NCBI RefSeq assembly: GCF_036365525.1
Contig: NC_090404.1
Coordinates: 3,596,001 to 3,660,000 of the forward strand
Direction: 5' to 3'
Length of the DNA: 64,000 nucleotides
Origin: Heterodontus francisci
Lineage: Eukaryota
Part shown: in pieces, positions 25,778 to 39,900 of the stretch
Numbering within the stretch: the stretch's first letter is position 1
Layout of the letters: each line of letters starts with the position of its first letter
Translations under genes and position numbers: made by a program
Notes under the pieces: generated by a model
What the model saw: only the letters and a program-made list of their open reading frames with translations
Database searches by the model: none
What the model was told of the DNA's origin: nothing

Positions 25778-28700
25778 TTATTCGGAAGCAGAGAGTGCGA
25801 GCGAGTGATCAGCTGGGAAGGTCAATTTCAACTGAAACTTAAATTCCGTTTGTTTTCGGCGGACCAGGGGGCTTCTGGCAGTTTATTCGGAAGCAGAGAG
25901 TGCCAGCGAGTGATCAGCTGGGAAGGTCACTTCAACTGAATCTTAATTTCCTTTTGTTTACGGCGGACCAGGGGTCTTCTGGGTAAGTAAACACCTATAT
26001 ATTTGGGCCGTTTCTGAATTGGTCACACCACAGATTAGGATTGCTGAGGGAGATAGGGAATGGGTGACCAAAAGGCAGAGAAAGAGCAGGAAGGCAGCGC
26101 AGGTGTCCCCTGCGGTCATCTCCATCCAAAACAGGTATACCATTTTGGATGCTGTTGAGGGAGATGGCTCACCAGGAGAAGGCAGCAGTAGCCAGGTTCA
26201 TGGCACCGTGGCTGGATCTGCTGTGCGGAAGGGCGAGAAAAAGAGTGGAAGGGCTATAGTCATCGGGGATTCGATTGTAAGGGGAGTAGATAGGAGGTTC
26301 TGTGGTCGAAACGAGACTCCCGAATGGTATGTTGCATCCCAGGTGCACGGGTCAGGGATGTCTCAGATCGGCTGCAGAACATTCTGAAGGGGGAGGGTGA
26401 ACAGACAGTTGTCGTTGTGCACATAGGCACCAATGATATAGGTAAAAAACGGGATGAGGTCCTACAAGCAGAATTTAGGGAGTTAGGCGCCAAATTAAAA
26501 AGTAGGACCTCAGAGGTAGTAATCTCAGGATTGCTACCAGTGCCACGTGATAGTCAGAGTAGAAATGAAAGAATAGTCAGGATGAATGTGTGGCTTGAGA
26601 GATGGCGCAGGAGGGAGGGGTTCAGATTTTTGGGACATTGGGACCGGTTCTGGGGGAGGTGGGACTATTACAAATTGCACGGTCTACACCTTGGCCGGAC
26701 TGGAACCAATGTCCTTGGGGGTGCTTTTGCTAACGCTGTTGGGGAGGGTTTAAACTAATGTGGCAGGGGGATGGGAACCAAATGAGGAGGTCAGTGGATA
26801 GTAAGGAGGTAGTAACTAAAGCCTGTAAGGAACTAGATAATGAAGTCAGAGTGACTAAGGGAAAGAGTAGGCAGGGAGCAGATGATGTACGCAAAGGGAC
26901 TGGTGGTCTGAGGTGCATTTGTTTGAATGCAATAAGTGTAGTAGGTAAGGCAGATGAACTTAGGGCTTGGATTAGTACCTGGGAGTATATTGTTATTGCT
27001 ATTAATGAGACTTGGTTGAGGGAAGGGCATGATTGGCAACTAAATATCCCAGGATATCGATGCTTCAGGCGGGATAGAGAGGGAGGTAAAAGGGGTGGAG
27101 GAGTTGCATTACTGGTCAAAGAGGATATCACAGCTGTGCTGAAGGAGGGCACTATGGAGGACACGAGCAGTGAGGCAATATGGGCAGAACTCAGAAATAG
27201 GAAGGATGCGGTCACAATGTTGGGGCTGTACTACAGGCCTCCCAACAGCGAGCGTGAGATAGAGGTACAAATATGCAAACAGATTATGGAAAGATGTAGG
27301 AGCAACAGGGTGGTGGTGATAGGAGATTTTAATTTTCCCAACATTGACTGGGATTCACTTAGTGTTAGAGGTCTAGATGCAGCAGAATTTGTAACGAGCA
27401 TCCAGGAGGGTTTTCGAGAGCAGTATGTAAATAGTCCAACTCGGGAAGGGGCCATACTGGACCTGGTGTTGGGAAATGAGCCCGGTCAGGTGGTTGAAGC
27501 TTCAGTAGGGGACTACTTTGGGAATAGTGATCACAATTCCGTAAGTTTTAGAATACTCATGGACAAAGACGAGAGTGGTCCTAAAGGAGGAGTGCTAAAT
27601 TGGGGGAAGGCCAACTATACCAAAATTCGGCAGGAGCTGGGAAATGTAGATTGGGAGCAGCTGTTGGAAGGTAAATCCACATTTGATATGTGGGAGGCTT
27701 TTAAAGAGAGGTTGATTAGCGTGCAGGAGAGACATGTTCCTGTGAAAATGAGGGATAGAAATGGCTAGACTAGGGAACCATGGATGACAGGTGAAATTGT
27801 GAGACTAGCTAAGAGGAAAAAGGAAGCATACATAAGGTCGAGAAGGCTGAAGAAAGACGAAGCTTTGAAAGAATATCGGGAATGTAGGACCAATCTGAAA
27901 CGAGGAATTAAGAGGGCTAAAAGGGGTCATGAAATATCTTTAACAAACAGGGTTAAGGAAAATCCCAAAGCCTTTTATTCATACATAAGGAGCAAGAGGG
28001 TAACTAGAGAAAGGATTGGCCCACTCAAGGACAAAGGAGGAAAGTTATGCGTGGAGTCAGGGAAAATGGGTGAGATTCTAAATGAGTACTTTGCATCGGT
28101 ATTCACCGAGGAGAGGGACATGACGGATGTTGAGGTTAGGGACAGATGTTTGATTACTCTAGGTCAAGTCGGCATAAGGAGGGAGGAAGTGTTGGGTATT
28201 CTAAAAGGCATTAAGGTGGACAAGTCCCCAGGTCCGGATGGGATCTATCCCAGGTTACTGAGGGAAGTGAGAGAGGAAATAGCTGGGGCCTTAACAGATA
28301 TCTTTGCAGCATCCTTAAACACGGGTGAGGTCCCGGAGGACTGGAGAATTGCTAATGTTGTCCCCTTGTTTAAGAAGGGTAGCAAGGAAAATCCAGGTAA
28401 TTATAGACCGGTGAGCCTGACGTCAGTGGTAGGGAAGCTGCTGGAGAAGATACTGAGGGATAGGATCTATTCCCATTTGGAAGAAAATGGGCTTATCAGT
28501 GATAGGCAACATGGTTTTGTGCAGGGAAGGTCATGTCTTACCAACTTAATAGAATTCTTTAAGGAAGTGACAAAGTTGATTGATGAGGGAAGGGCTGTAG
28601 ACGTCATATACATGGACTTCAGTAAGGCGTTTGATAAGGTTCCCCATGGTAGGCTGCTGGAGAAAGTGAAGTCGCATGGGATCCAGGGTGTACTAGCTAG

Positions 28701-29794
28701 ATGGATAAAGAACTGGCTGGGCAACAGGAGACAGTGAGTAGCTGTGGAAAGGAGTTTCTCAAAATGGAGACGTGTGACCAGTGGTGTTCCACAGGAATCC
28801 CTGCTGGGACCACTGTTGTTTGTGATATACATAAATGATTTGGAGGAAAGTATAGGTGGTCTGATTAGCAAGTTTGCAGACGACACTAAGATTGGTGGAG
28901 TAGCAGATAGTCAAGGGGACTGTCAGAGAATACAGCAGAATATAGATAGATTGGAGAGTTGGGCAGAGAAATGGCAGATGGAGTTCAATCAGGGCAAATG
29001 CGAGCTGATGCATTTTGGAAGAGCCAATTCAAGAGTCAACTATACAGTAAATGGAAAAGTCCTGGGGAAAATTGATGTCCAGAGAGATTTGGGTGTTCAG
29101 GTCCATTGTTTCCTGAAGGTGGCAACGCAGGTCAATAGAGTGGTCAAGAAGGCATACGGCATGCTTTCCTTCATCGGACGGGGTATTGAGTGCAAGGGTT
29201 GTCAGGTCATGTTACAGTTGTATAAGACTTTGGTTCGGCCACATTTGGAATACTGCTTCCAGTTCTGGTCGCCACATGACCAAAAGGATGTAGATGCTTT
29301 GGAGAGGGTGCAGAGGACGTTCACCAGGATGTTGCCTGGTATGGAGGGCGCTAGCTATGTAGAGAGGTTGAGTAGATTAGGATTATTTTCATTAGAAATA
29401 CGGAGGTTGAGGGGGGACCTGATTGAGGTGTACAAAATCATGAGCGGCTTTGACAGGGTGGATAGCAAGAAGCTTTTTCCCAGAGTGGTGGATTCAATTA
29501 CTAGGGGTCACGAGTTCAAAGTGAGAGGGGAAAAGTTTCGGGGGATATGCGTGGAAAGTTCTTTACGCAGAGGGTGGTGGGTGCCTGGAACGCATTGCCA
29601 GCGGAGGTGGTAGACGCGGGCACGATAGCATCTTTTAAGATGTATCGAGACAGATACATGAATGGGCAGGAAGCAAAGAGATACAGACCCTTAGAAAATA
29701 GGCGACATGTTTAGATAGAGGATCTGGATCGGTGCAGGCTTGGAGGGCCGAAGGGCCTGTTCCTGTGCTGTAATTTTCCTTGTTCTTTGTTCTA
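25778..29794 (+). mobile_element. CR1 LINE, near full-length: two 105-bp 5' monomers, partly deleted ORF1 (esterase), ORF2 with few lesions
   Basis: Tandem monomers start at 25778 and 25883. ORF1 has GDSIVRG, HIGTND, GLHL and ends at 26758. ORF2 26758-~29700 is interrupted by stops at 27766-68 and 28735-37 and a frameshift near 29540. (TTTGTTC)n-type tail. Confidence 0.95.
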
Positions 29795-30348
29795 ATACTC
29801 AAATTAACTGATTCCTGAGGGAAATCTGAATGGAGTCCCAATTATCAGCTTCCTGGTGATAAGTCTAACAGAATTCTAGAAAACGAATTGCCGGCCTGCA
29901 ACTGGGATAGGCGTGAAGCCCCGAATAAGAGGTCAGAGGCCTCGTGTTTACCCCATGGTCACTGGCCGCCATTTTGGGAAGAGCAGCATCTTCACGCAGG
30001 CGCAGTCATCTTGGTGACGGCACAGAGAATGGGCGCTTTCAGTGTGCCGTTGAACAGGAGGGTAAATCATTGACTCGTTGATTTTGCGATGATCTGCACA
30101 CATGGGCTGGAAAACTGAACCGAGCCAGAGTGGATGGAGGGAGAAAACTAGCAATGGCGGCAAGAACTGATGCAGATGTTGCGATTGGATTGGATTTCAG
30201 CACAGGGAGGAGTGAGAGAGTGTGAGGGGCGGCGATTTACAGCTTTGGGGGAACAAGAGAGAAAAAATGTTCCGTAGAATCTGGAATTGTCTGTTATGAA
30301 TTTCTATCCTGTACTTACAGTGAGGACATTTGCCAACCCCTTTTACAG

Positions 30349-31438
30349 GGCAGTAGAAGGGAAGGATTTGTGGACAGGAAACTCAAACCAAACATTGCGT
30401 CAAGATCGAACAGAGTCACTCAATCCATCAGGACCTGAAAATCATCGGCCTTTGAATGCGGAAGAAATGTTTGTCTGTTCAGTCTGTGGGAAAGGAGTTC
30501 AAACATCAGTGTGACTGAAAAAGCACAGAGACACACACACTGAGTGAGAGCGTTCCAGTGCACTGACTGTGGAAAGAGCTTTAACCAGTTACACAGACTG
30601 AAAAACCACTGCACCACTCACAGCGTGGAGAAACTGCATAACTTATTATCTAACCTAGTGTGGCACAAGTACACCCGCACCGTGGAGAAACCGTGGAGAT
30701 GTGGGAATTTTGGGAAGGGATTCAATTGCCCATCTCAGCTGGAAATTCATCGATGCAGTCACACCAGGGAGAGACTATTCATCTGCTCCCTGATTGGGAA
30801 GGGATTCACCTATTCATATAAACTCTGACAAACCAGCAGCATAACACTGTGGAGAGGCCGTTCACCTGCTCTGCGTGTGGGAAGGGATTCACTCGATCAT
30901 CCCACATTGTGACACACCAACTTGTTTACAATGATAAGAAATCGTTTGCATGTTCTGACTGTGAGAAGAGTTTTAAATGCAAAATAATCTGCTGACACAC
31001 CAACGTATTGTCACTGGGGAGAGGCCGTTTACAAGCTCCATGTGTGGCAAGGAATTCACTCAGTCATTCCACCTTCTGACACATCAACTTGTTCACTCTA
31101 ATACCAAACGTTTTAATTGTTCTGAAAGTAAGAAGAGCTTTTTTTAAAAAAAGCATCTGCTAATACTTCATTATTCGCACACGAGGGAGAGACATTTTAT
31201 GTGCTCTGAGTGTGTGAAGGGATTCACCCGTTCATCCGCCCTATTGAATCACCAGCGAGTTCACACTCGAGAGGAGCCATTCACCTGCCCTGACTGTGGG
31301 AAGGGATTCATGAATTCATCCAGCCTTCTGATACACCAGCAGGTTCACACTGAGGAGAGGCTGTTCACCTGCTCCGTCTGTGGGAGGAGATTCACTCGGT
31401 CATCCAACCTGCGAACACACCGGCCAGTTCGCAAGTGA
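30349..31438 (+). pseudogene. Multi-C2H2 zinc-finger gene remnant (about 11-12 degenerate fingers)
   Basis: Acceptor ttttacag| at 30348. Fingers [51 protein letters not shown] with HTGERPF-like linkers; several stops and frameshifts. Confidence 0.88.
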
Positions 31439-32519
31439 CTGGATTCTGCTCTTATTGCTGCTCTCAATCACATCCAGACTGAACCATATTCATTCTGACA
31501 GTCATAATTTGTTGCTGAGGTTTAATATTCCAGAGCTTTAAACATGGCCTCAGGGCCATAATTAGAAAGCACAGCAACTCAAAGTGTTTGTCCCCCAGAG
31601 ACAGGGGAATGAGGTAACTGGAGCCCAACTTGCTGCAAATGATTTGAAATAAAGCTGATTTATTAGAGAGTTTCTTTATTCTCGGGAAGTTGTACATCGG
31701 ATTGTCCCCTGTCAATACAGAGCTGCATTTTAGGGCCGGCAGCATCTTTAAAGGAGCTACCAATTAGTCCCACTCCCTTGGCCTTTCCTCAAAGCCCCGC
31801 AAACTCTTCCTTTTAAATATTTATCCAATTCCCTTTGGAAAGTTATTATTGAAACTGCTTCCACCTTCCTTTCAGGCCATTCTAGATCACAGCAACTCGC
31901 TGAGTATTTTGTCAATTATTTGTAACGTTCGTCTGTTGTTAAATACATTTGCTCAGAAGACATAAGTTGAAATTTAAATCGGGCATACAGGGGTGATGCT
32001 GTGGGACACACACTAAGTCCAGTAGCTGGAAATGATTTACCGACTGGGTTTTGTGTTTAGTGATCCTGGTCATGTTACCAATACCCTCCCTTGATGCCAA
32101 GGCTAGGAGAGGCATTCTGTAACGTATGGGGAGCTGGGACTTGTCCATAAGAGTAACCGAAGGTATCAGAACTGAAATAATCTAGAGTTAGAAAGGAGAA
32201 AAAGCCCCAAAATGGAACAGCTGGTAACAGGACATCAATTAGTTTCTTCCTGTACTGGAGAAATCCAGAACTGGACAAGCGTTTGAAACAAATCTGATTG
32301 ATTTGGAAAATATCTAAATTAAACTCCAGCCCAGTTGTAGGGGTTACTAACATCAGCAGAAACAAACTCCACTTTCAGAATGAACCTGATTCAGTCCTGG
32401 ACGTGAGTAACAGCTAAATCCAACCACCAAAACAACAACGTGCCTTTAGCTTCAACATAATAAAACGTTCCAAGATGCTTTACAAGAGAATTATAAAACA
32501 AAATATGATACCAAACAGT

Positions 32520-33000
32520 CTAGTGTAATATAAACTGCGACAGGGTCTTGTGTAATATAAACAGATGCAGGGACCAGTGTCATATAAACAGAGACAGGGT
32601 CTAATGTAATTTAAACAGAGACAGGGTCTAGTATAACATAAAGAGACAGGGCCTAGTGTAATATAAACAGAAACTGGGCCTAATGTAATATAAATAGCGA
32701 CAGGACCTCAGTGTAACAGAAGCAGAGACAGTGTCCGATGAAATATAAACAGAGGCAGCCTAGTGCAATGTATAGAGAGACCGGGCCTATTACAGTGTAA
32801 TTGAGAATAAACCGAATGTAATATTAGCAGAGGTATGGTCTAGCATCGTATTAACAAAGATGGGACCCGATATGATATAAATAGAGGCGTTGTCTGGTGT
32901 AATAACAGAGACAGAGCCTTGTGTAATACAAACAGAGAGATGTTCGACATTTCTAATAAGCACAGGTCCTACAGTAATATTAACAGAGAAATGTCTACAA
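32520..33000 (+). repeat. 27-bp satellite (AGTGTAATATAAACAGAGACAGGGTCT)n, degenerate
   Basis: Direct tandem units visible. Confidence 0.85.
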
Positions 33001-33279
33001 CAACAATAACAACCTGTATTTATAAAGAGCTTTTAACTCAATGAAATCTCCCATCAGCAGGTAATAACAATGATCTTATTGAAACATCAACGATGCAGAG
33101 GTTGATGTTGCTGAGCATGTAAGTCATCGTCTGCAGTGTCAGAGGAAGGAAGATTATTGGTATAAGTATTAATAATGCTCAGATTATTGCACAGCTCAAT
33201 GTTCAGAGACCAGGTATCTTTATAAATAATCTGAAGGTGAAATAATGGTTGAATTTATTTCAATTAACACTTCAGGTAG

Positions 33280-33720
33280 GAATTCAAGGCCTTGGAGAGG
33301 GTGCAGAAGGGATTTAATAGAATTGGACCAGGGATGAGGGACTTCAGTTCCAAGGAGAGATTAGAAAAGTGGGAATCATTTCCTTTAGAGCAGAGGGGTT
33401 TAAAGGGATATTGAATTATGCTAATGGATTATGAATGCTTTTGATAGTGTTGATAGTGAGATACTGTTTCCACTGGCCGGAAGGACGCGAACCAGAGGGC
33501 ACAAATTTAAGATAATTGGTAAAGGAAGAAGATGGGAAGATGTTTTAATGCAGCGAGTTTTTATGAGTTGGAATGAATGACCTGAAAGGGTAGTGTGAAA
33601 GCATTCAATTATAACGTTCAAAAGGGAATTCAATAATTAGTTGAAAAGGAAAGATTTTCAGGGCTTTGGAGAAAGACTGGCAGAGTGGAACTGATTGGAT
33701 AGCTCTTTCAAAGAACCGCC
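33280..33720 (+). mobile_element. Degenerate CR1 3' fragment
   Basis: ggccttggagagggtgcagaag..ctgtttccactggc..accagagggcacaaatttaag. Confidence 0.75.
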
Positions 33721-34244
33721 AGTGGCAGCTTGGGTAATGTTACTTGACTCTGATTTCAGAATCAGTAAATTGTGGATTTCACATCAGCTTCAGAAACTGA
33801 GTATATTATATAGGCTTTCAATTGGTGCATTGCTGAAAGGGCACAATCTTTCCAGGGACAATCTGAAATAATAATCTCTCCCCCATCCCTTTTCTGGTGA
33901 GACGGCCATTAAAGCTCCCATGGTTTCACACTGTTTCTTGGTCAACACTCCTCCCTTTAATCAAGATCAACAAAAATACATTAACAGCAATTGAAACACT
34001 TTGCTCTATTCCTGATGTATCTGTGCACAAATCGGCCACGTTCATCTCGAATTAGTTAGACTTTAAAGTCTTTGGCACCTCCCACAGTAGGTGATGAGCT
34101 GGTACATCACTGCAAGTTGTTTCTTGATACGTTACCATCAGAAACAGTAACTGACATCGACATTTTCACAATAGGAGCAATGGCAATGTCTGGCAGTGAA
34201 AGCCTAATTCTTGACACGAAACAAGCGCTGCCTCACCGCACTGG

Positions 34245-36790
34245 AGTCTCTCTGTTTATATTACACTTCGACCCTGCCGCTGTTTATATTACACTGGATC
34301 TTGTCTCTGTTTATATTAAACTAGACCCGTCTCTGTTTATGTTACTCTTAGACCTTGTCTCTGTTTATATTACTCGAGATCATGTCTCTGATTATATTAC
34401 ACTAGACGCTGTCTCTGTTTATATTATACTTCGACCCTGTCTCTGTCTATATCACACTGGACCCTGTCTCTGTTTATATTAGTCTAGACACTGTCTGTTT
34501 ATATGACACTCGACCATGTCTTGGTTTATTTTAATATAGACCCCATCTCTGTTTATATTACACTGGACCCTGTCTCTGTTTATATTAAAACGGACCCTGT
34601 CTCTATTTATATTACGCTAGACCCCGTCAGTGTTTACATTACACTGGACCCCAGCTCATAGGAACATTGTAAATAGGAGCAGAAGTAGGCAATTCGGCCC
34701 CTCGAGCCTGCTTCGCCATTCAAATAGATCATGTCTGATCTTCCGCCTCAACAACATTTTCCGGCACTATTCTCACATCCCTTGATACATTTAATATCGA
34801 TAAATCTATCGATCTCTATCTTGAACATTTTAAGAAAATTCCAAGGATTCACCATTTCCTCCTCATCCCAGTCCTAAATGGCTTACTTCTTATTTTGAGA
34901 CTGTGTCTCCTGGTTCTCGGCCCCTCAGCCGGGGGTGGGTTGGGGGGGGGGGGGGGGGGGGAGGGGTCATCCTTCCTTGTCGAGTCCTATGTTGTATGCT
35001 TCAATAAGATCACGCTCATTTTTCTGAACTTTAGAGAATATAGGCCCAGTCTCCTCAATCTTTCCTCATTGGACAATCCCGCCATACCAGGGATCAGTCT
35101 GGTGAAGCTTCGTCAGACTCCCTCTATGGCAAGTACATCCGTCCTTAGGTAAGGAACGCAAAACTGTACACAATACTCGAGATGCTGCCTCAACAAGGCT
35201 CTATACAATTGCAGCAAGACTTCTCTACTTCTGTACTCAAACCCTCTTGTAATAGAGGCCAACATGCCATTTCCTTCCTAATTGCTTGCTGCATCTGCAT
35301 GTTAGCTTTCACTGACTTATCAACAGGAGACCTCGGTCCCTTTGGACATCAACACTTCCCAATCCCACACCATTTAATAAATACTTTGTATTTCTGTTTT
35401 TCTACCAAAGTGGATAACTACATAATTTTCCACATATTATTCCATCGGCCATGTTTTTGCCTACTCACTTAGTCTGCCTAAATCCCTTGAAGCCTCTTTT
35501 CATCCTCCTCACAACTCACATTCCCACCTAGTTTTGTGTCATTAGCAAAGTTGGAAATATTATATTTGGTCCCCACATCCCAATTATTGATATAGATTGT
35601 GACTAGCCAGGGCCCAAGCACTGATCCTTGTGGTACCCCACTAGTCACAGCCTGCCAACCTGAGAATGATCTGCTTATTCCTACTTTCTATGTTCTGTGT
35701 GTTAACTAATTCTCAAGCAATTCGTGTATATTACCACTAATCCCACGTACTCTAATTTTGCTTACTAATCTCCTGTGTAGGACCTATCAAAAGCCTTCTG
35801 AAGTTCCAAATACACAACATCCACTGGTTCCCCTTATCCATTCTGCTCGCCACACCCTCAGAAAACTCTAACAGCTTTGACCAACTTGATTGCCCTTTCA
35901 TAATTCCGTGTTGACTAAGCCAAATTCTACAATATGTTGTGGGTCCAGTTATCACATCATGTAGAATAGATTCCAGCACTTACCCTGCCACTGTTGTCAG
36001 ATTAACAGGTCTGTAGTTCCCCATTTTCTCCCTCCTTCCTTTCTTAAATATTGCACTAGACCAGGTTTCAGTTTAAATAGAACTAGACCCTGTTTCCATG
36101 TATATTAAAATAGACTCCGTCTCTGTTCATATTACACTATACCCTGTCTCTGTTTATATTACACTATATCCTGCCTCTGTTCATATTACACTATACCCTG
36201 CCTCTGTTTATATTACACTAGACGCTGATTCAGTTGATTTTAATCTAAACCCTATGTCAGTAATCAATGCACTAGGCCATATCTCACTTTTTATTATTCT
36301 AGATCCTATATCAATAATTCATGCACTAGGCCTTGTCTCAGTTGATATTAATCGAGTTCCTGTATCAGTAATCACTTGACTATGCCCTGTTTCAGTTTAT
36401 TTTATTCCAGGTCCTGTAGCTCTATTAGCTTCACTTGGCCCTGTCCCAGTTAATGCTGCACTAGCCAGTGTTTCTGTTTACCATAGAATAAACCATTTCT
36501 GTTCATCTTACTCTGGACCCTGTCTCTGTTTATATTACACTCAACCCTCGTTCACTTCATTTTGACATTACCATGTTTTTATTTAATGTTGCACTCGGCC
36601 ACCTCCAGTCCTAGATTATGTTACTGGAGAACATGTCTAGACCATGTCTCTGTTTATTTTACATTTGGCATTGTTTCAGTTATTACTGCACAAGACCCAG
36701 TCTCAAGTTATATTAAATGCAGCTAGTCTAAGTCCAGCGTGCATCCTATCCTGTCTCTTTTATATTACACTAGGTCGTATCGTATTAATT
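34245..36790 (-). repeat. 27-bp satellite array in reverse orientation, interrupted by a CR1 fragment
   Basis: (ccctgtctctgtttatattacactaga)n at 34245-34655 and 36050-36790; produces spurious VSVYITLDP ORFs. Confidence 0.88.
34658..36050 (-). mobile_element. CR1 fragment inserted in satellite
   Basis: RT remnants (gggcccaagcactgatccttgtggtacccc; ORF 35752-35979) and a 3' tail at ~34658. Confidence 0.85.
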
Positions 36791-36811
36791 GCTGCACTGT
36801 AAAACATCTCT

Positions 36812-36878
36812 TAGATAGACAGACAGCTAGCTAGATAGCTCGATAGACAGACAGATAGGTAGGATGTAGTGAGGTATG

Positions 36879-36928
<50 letters not shown>

Positions 36929-36929
36929 T
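36812..36929. repeat. (GATA)n microsatellite
   Basis: Perfect GATA run at ~36880-36927; its GATA/GACA continuation resumes at 41022-41100. Confidence 0.9.
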
Positions 36930-36934
36930 CATTT

Positions 36935-39900
36935 GAGAGACAGTGAGGATGATGTCAATCAACTGCAACAGGACATAGATAGGCTGGCAGAATGGGAAGA
37001 AAAGTGGCAGATGAAAGTTAATACAGGGAAATGTGAGGTGGTGCATTATGGCAAGGGATAAAAAGAGGCAATCTAGACTAAATGGTACAGTTCTAAAGAG
37101 TCACCTGGAGATTCATGTGCATAGATCGTTAAAGGTGGCAGGACATATTGAGCGAATAGTTAGCAAAGCATATGGGTTCTTGGGCTTCAGTAATAGAGGT
37201 AAAGAGTACAAAAGCAGGGACGTTATGCTGAGTCTTCATAGAGTACTGGTTAGACTACAACTAAAGTATTGCATCAAGTTCTGGTCACCACACTTTAGGA
37301 AGTATGTGAGGGTGCAGAAGTGATTTACCAGAATACCCAGGGATGAGGGATTTTAGCGCCATGCTTAGGTTGGAGAAGCTAAGGTTGTTCTCCTTTGAGC
37401 ACAGAAGATAGAGAGGAGATTTGATCGAGGTGTCCAAGATTATGACTGGTTTGGGTAAGGTCGACAAAGAAAAGCTGGTCCCATTAGCAGATGGTGCACG
37501 GACTATGGGATACAGAGCTAAGGTTTTGGGTAAGCGAAGCAGTGGGTATATGAGAAAAAAAACTTCTTTACACATCGAGTGGTAATGACCAGGAAATTGC
37601 TGCCTATGAGAGTGGTGGAAGGAAAGTTGAGGAATGATTTTAAATGGAAGTTGGATGGACACGGGAGGGAACTAAATTTTCAGGGCTATGGCTGGTTTAT
37701 AGGATTGATAGGATTAGGAACATAGGAGCAGGAGTAGGCCATTCAGCTCATCGAGCCTACCCTGCCATTCAATATGATCATGGCTGATTATCCACGACAA
37801 TGCCTTTTCCCCACACTATCCTTATATCCCCTTATGTCATTTGTATTTGGAAATCTGTCAATCTCTGCTTTAAACATACTCAATGACTGAGCTTCGACAG
37901 CATTCTGGGATAAAGAATTTCAAAGGTTCACAGCTCTCTGAGTAAAGAAATATCTCCTCATCTCTGACCTAAGTGGCTTCCTCCTTATTTTGAAATTGTG
38001 TCCCCTGGTTCAAGGCTCCCCAAACAGGGGAAGCGTCTTACTTGCCTTTGCCCTGTCTATCCCTTCAAGTATTTTGTAGGTTTCAATTAGATCACCTCTA
38101 ATTCTTTAAAACTCTAGAGAATACAGGCCCAGTTTCCCCAATCTGTCTTCATAGGACAGTCCTGCCATCCCAAGAACAAGTTTGGTGAACCTTCATTGCA
38201 CTCCCTCTGTGGCAATAATATCCTTCCTAAGGTAAGGAGACCAAAACTGCACACAATACTCCAAGTGCGGTCTAACCAAGGTTCTATACAATTGAAACAG
38301 GACTTCACTACTCCTGTATGCAATTCCTCTTTCGATCAAGGCTACCATACCATTAGCCTTCCTAATTGCTTGCTGCACCAGCATGTTAACTTTCAGTGAC
38401 TTATTGAAAAGGACACCCAGGTCTCTTTGTACATCTACACTTTAGAGTCATAGAGTTATACAGCACAGAAACAGGCCCTTCGGCCCATCGTGTCTGTGCC
38501 AGCCATCAAGCACCTATCTATTCTAATCCCATTTTCCAGCACTTGGCCCGTAGCCTTGTATGCTATGGCGTTTCAAGTGCACATCTAAATACTTCTTAAA
38601 TGTTGTGAGTGTTCCTGCCTCTACCTCCTCTCAGGCAGTCTGTTCCAGATTCCAACCACCCTCTGGGTGAAAATTGTTTTCCTCCAATCCCCTCTAAACC
38701 ACCTGCCCCTTACCTTAAATCTATTTCCCCTGGTTATTGATCCCTCTGCTCAGGGAAAACGTTTCTTCCTTTCTAGCCTATCAATGCCCCCTCATAATTT
38801 TGTTAACCTCAATCATGTCCCCCCTCACCATTCTCTGCTCTAAGAAAACAACCCGAGGCTATCCATTCTTTCTTCATAGCTGAAATTGTCCAGACCAGGC
38901 AACATCCTGGTGAATCTCCTCTGCACCCTCTGTGGTGCAATCACATCCTTCCTATAGTGTGGTGACCAAAACTGTACACAGTACTCCAGCTGTGGCCTAA
39001 CTAGCGTTTTATACAGCTCCATCATAACCTCCTTACCATTTAAGAAATACTCTGCCTATCTATTCCTCCTACCAAAGTGGATAACCTCACGTTTTTCCAC
39101 ATTATATTCCATCTGCCACATCTTGCCCACTCAATAAGTCTGTCCAAATCTCCTGGAAGCCACTTTGCATCTTCCTCACAACATACATTCCCACCAAGTT
39201 TTGTATCATCTGCGAACGTGGAAATAACTTTGGTCCCCACATTCAAATAATTGATGTATACTGTGAACAGCTGGGGCCGAAGCACTGAACCCTGCGGTAC
39301 CCCACTAGTCACAGCCTGTCAACGTGAGAATGACCCTACTCTCTACTTTATGCCACTTAACCAATCCTTAATCCATGCCAATATGTTACCTCCTATCCCA
39401 TGTGCTTTAATTTGGCTAACCAGTCTCCTGTGGAGGAGTTTATCGAAAGCCTTCTGAAAATCCAAGTATACCACCTCCACCGACTTCCCTATATCAATTC
39501 TGTTAGTAACAGCCTAAAAATAAAACTCCAACAGGATCGTCAAACATGATTTCCCTACAGGAATTGCTCTACAGAGAGACGGCATGGGCTCAATGGGCTG
39601 AATGGCCTCCTTCTATGTCATTATAACTCTATGACTTTATCATGCAATCAGGCAGAGCCAACATGGTTTATGAAAAGGAAAGAAACAAGAAATGCTGGAA
39701 CCACTCGGCAGGTCTAGCAGCATCTGTGGAAAGAAAAGCAGAGTTAACGTTTAGGGTCAGTGATCCTTCTTAAATCGTGTTTGACAAATTTATTACAGTT
39801 CTCTGAAGATGTAACCAGCAGGGTGGATAAAAGCTAACTGTAGGTGTCATGCATTTAGATTTCCAAAAGCTGCCACATAAAAGTTTGCTATGCAAGATAA

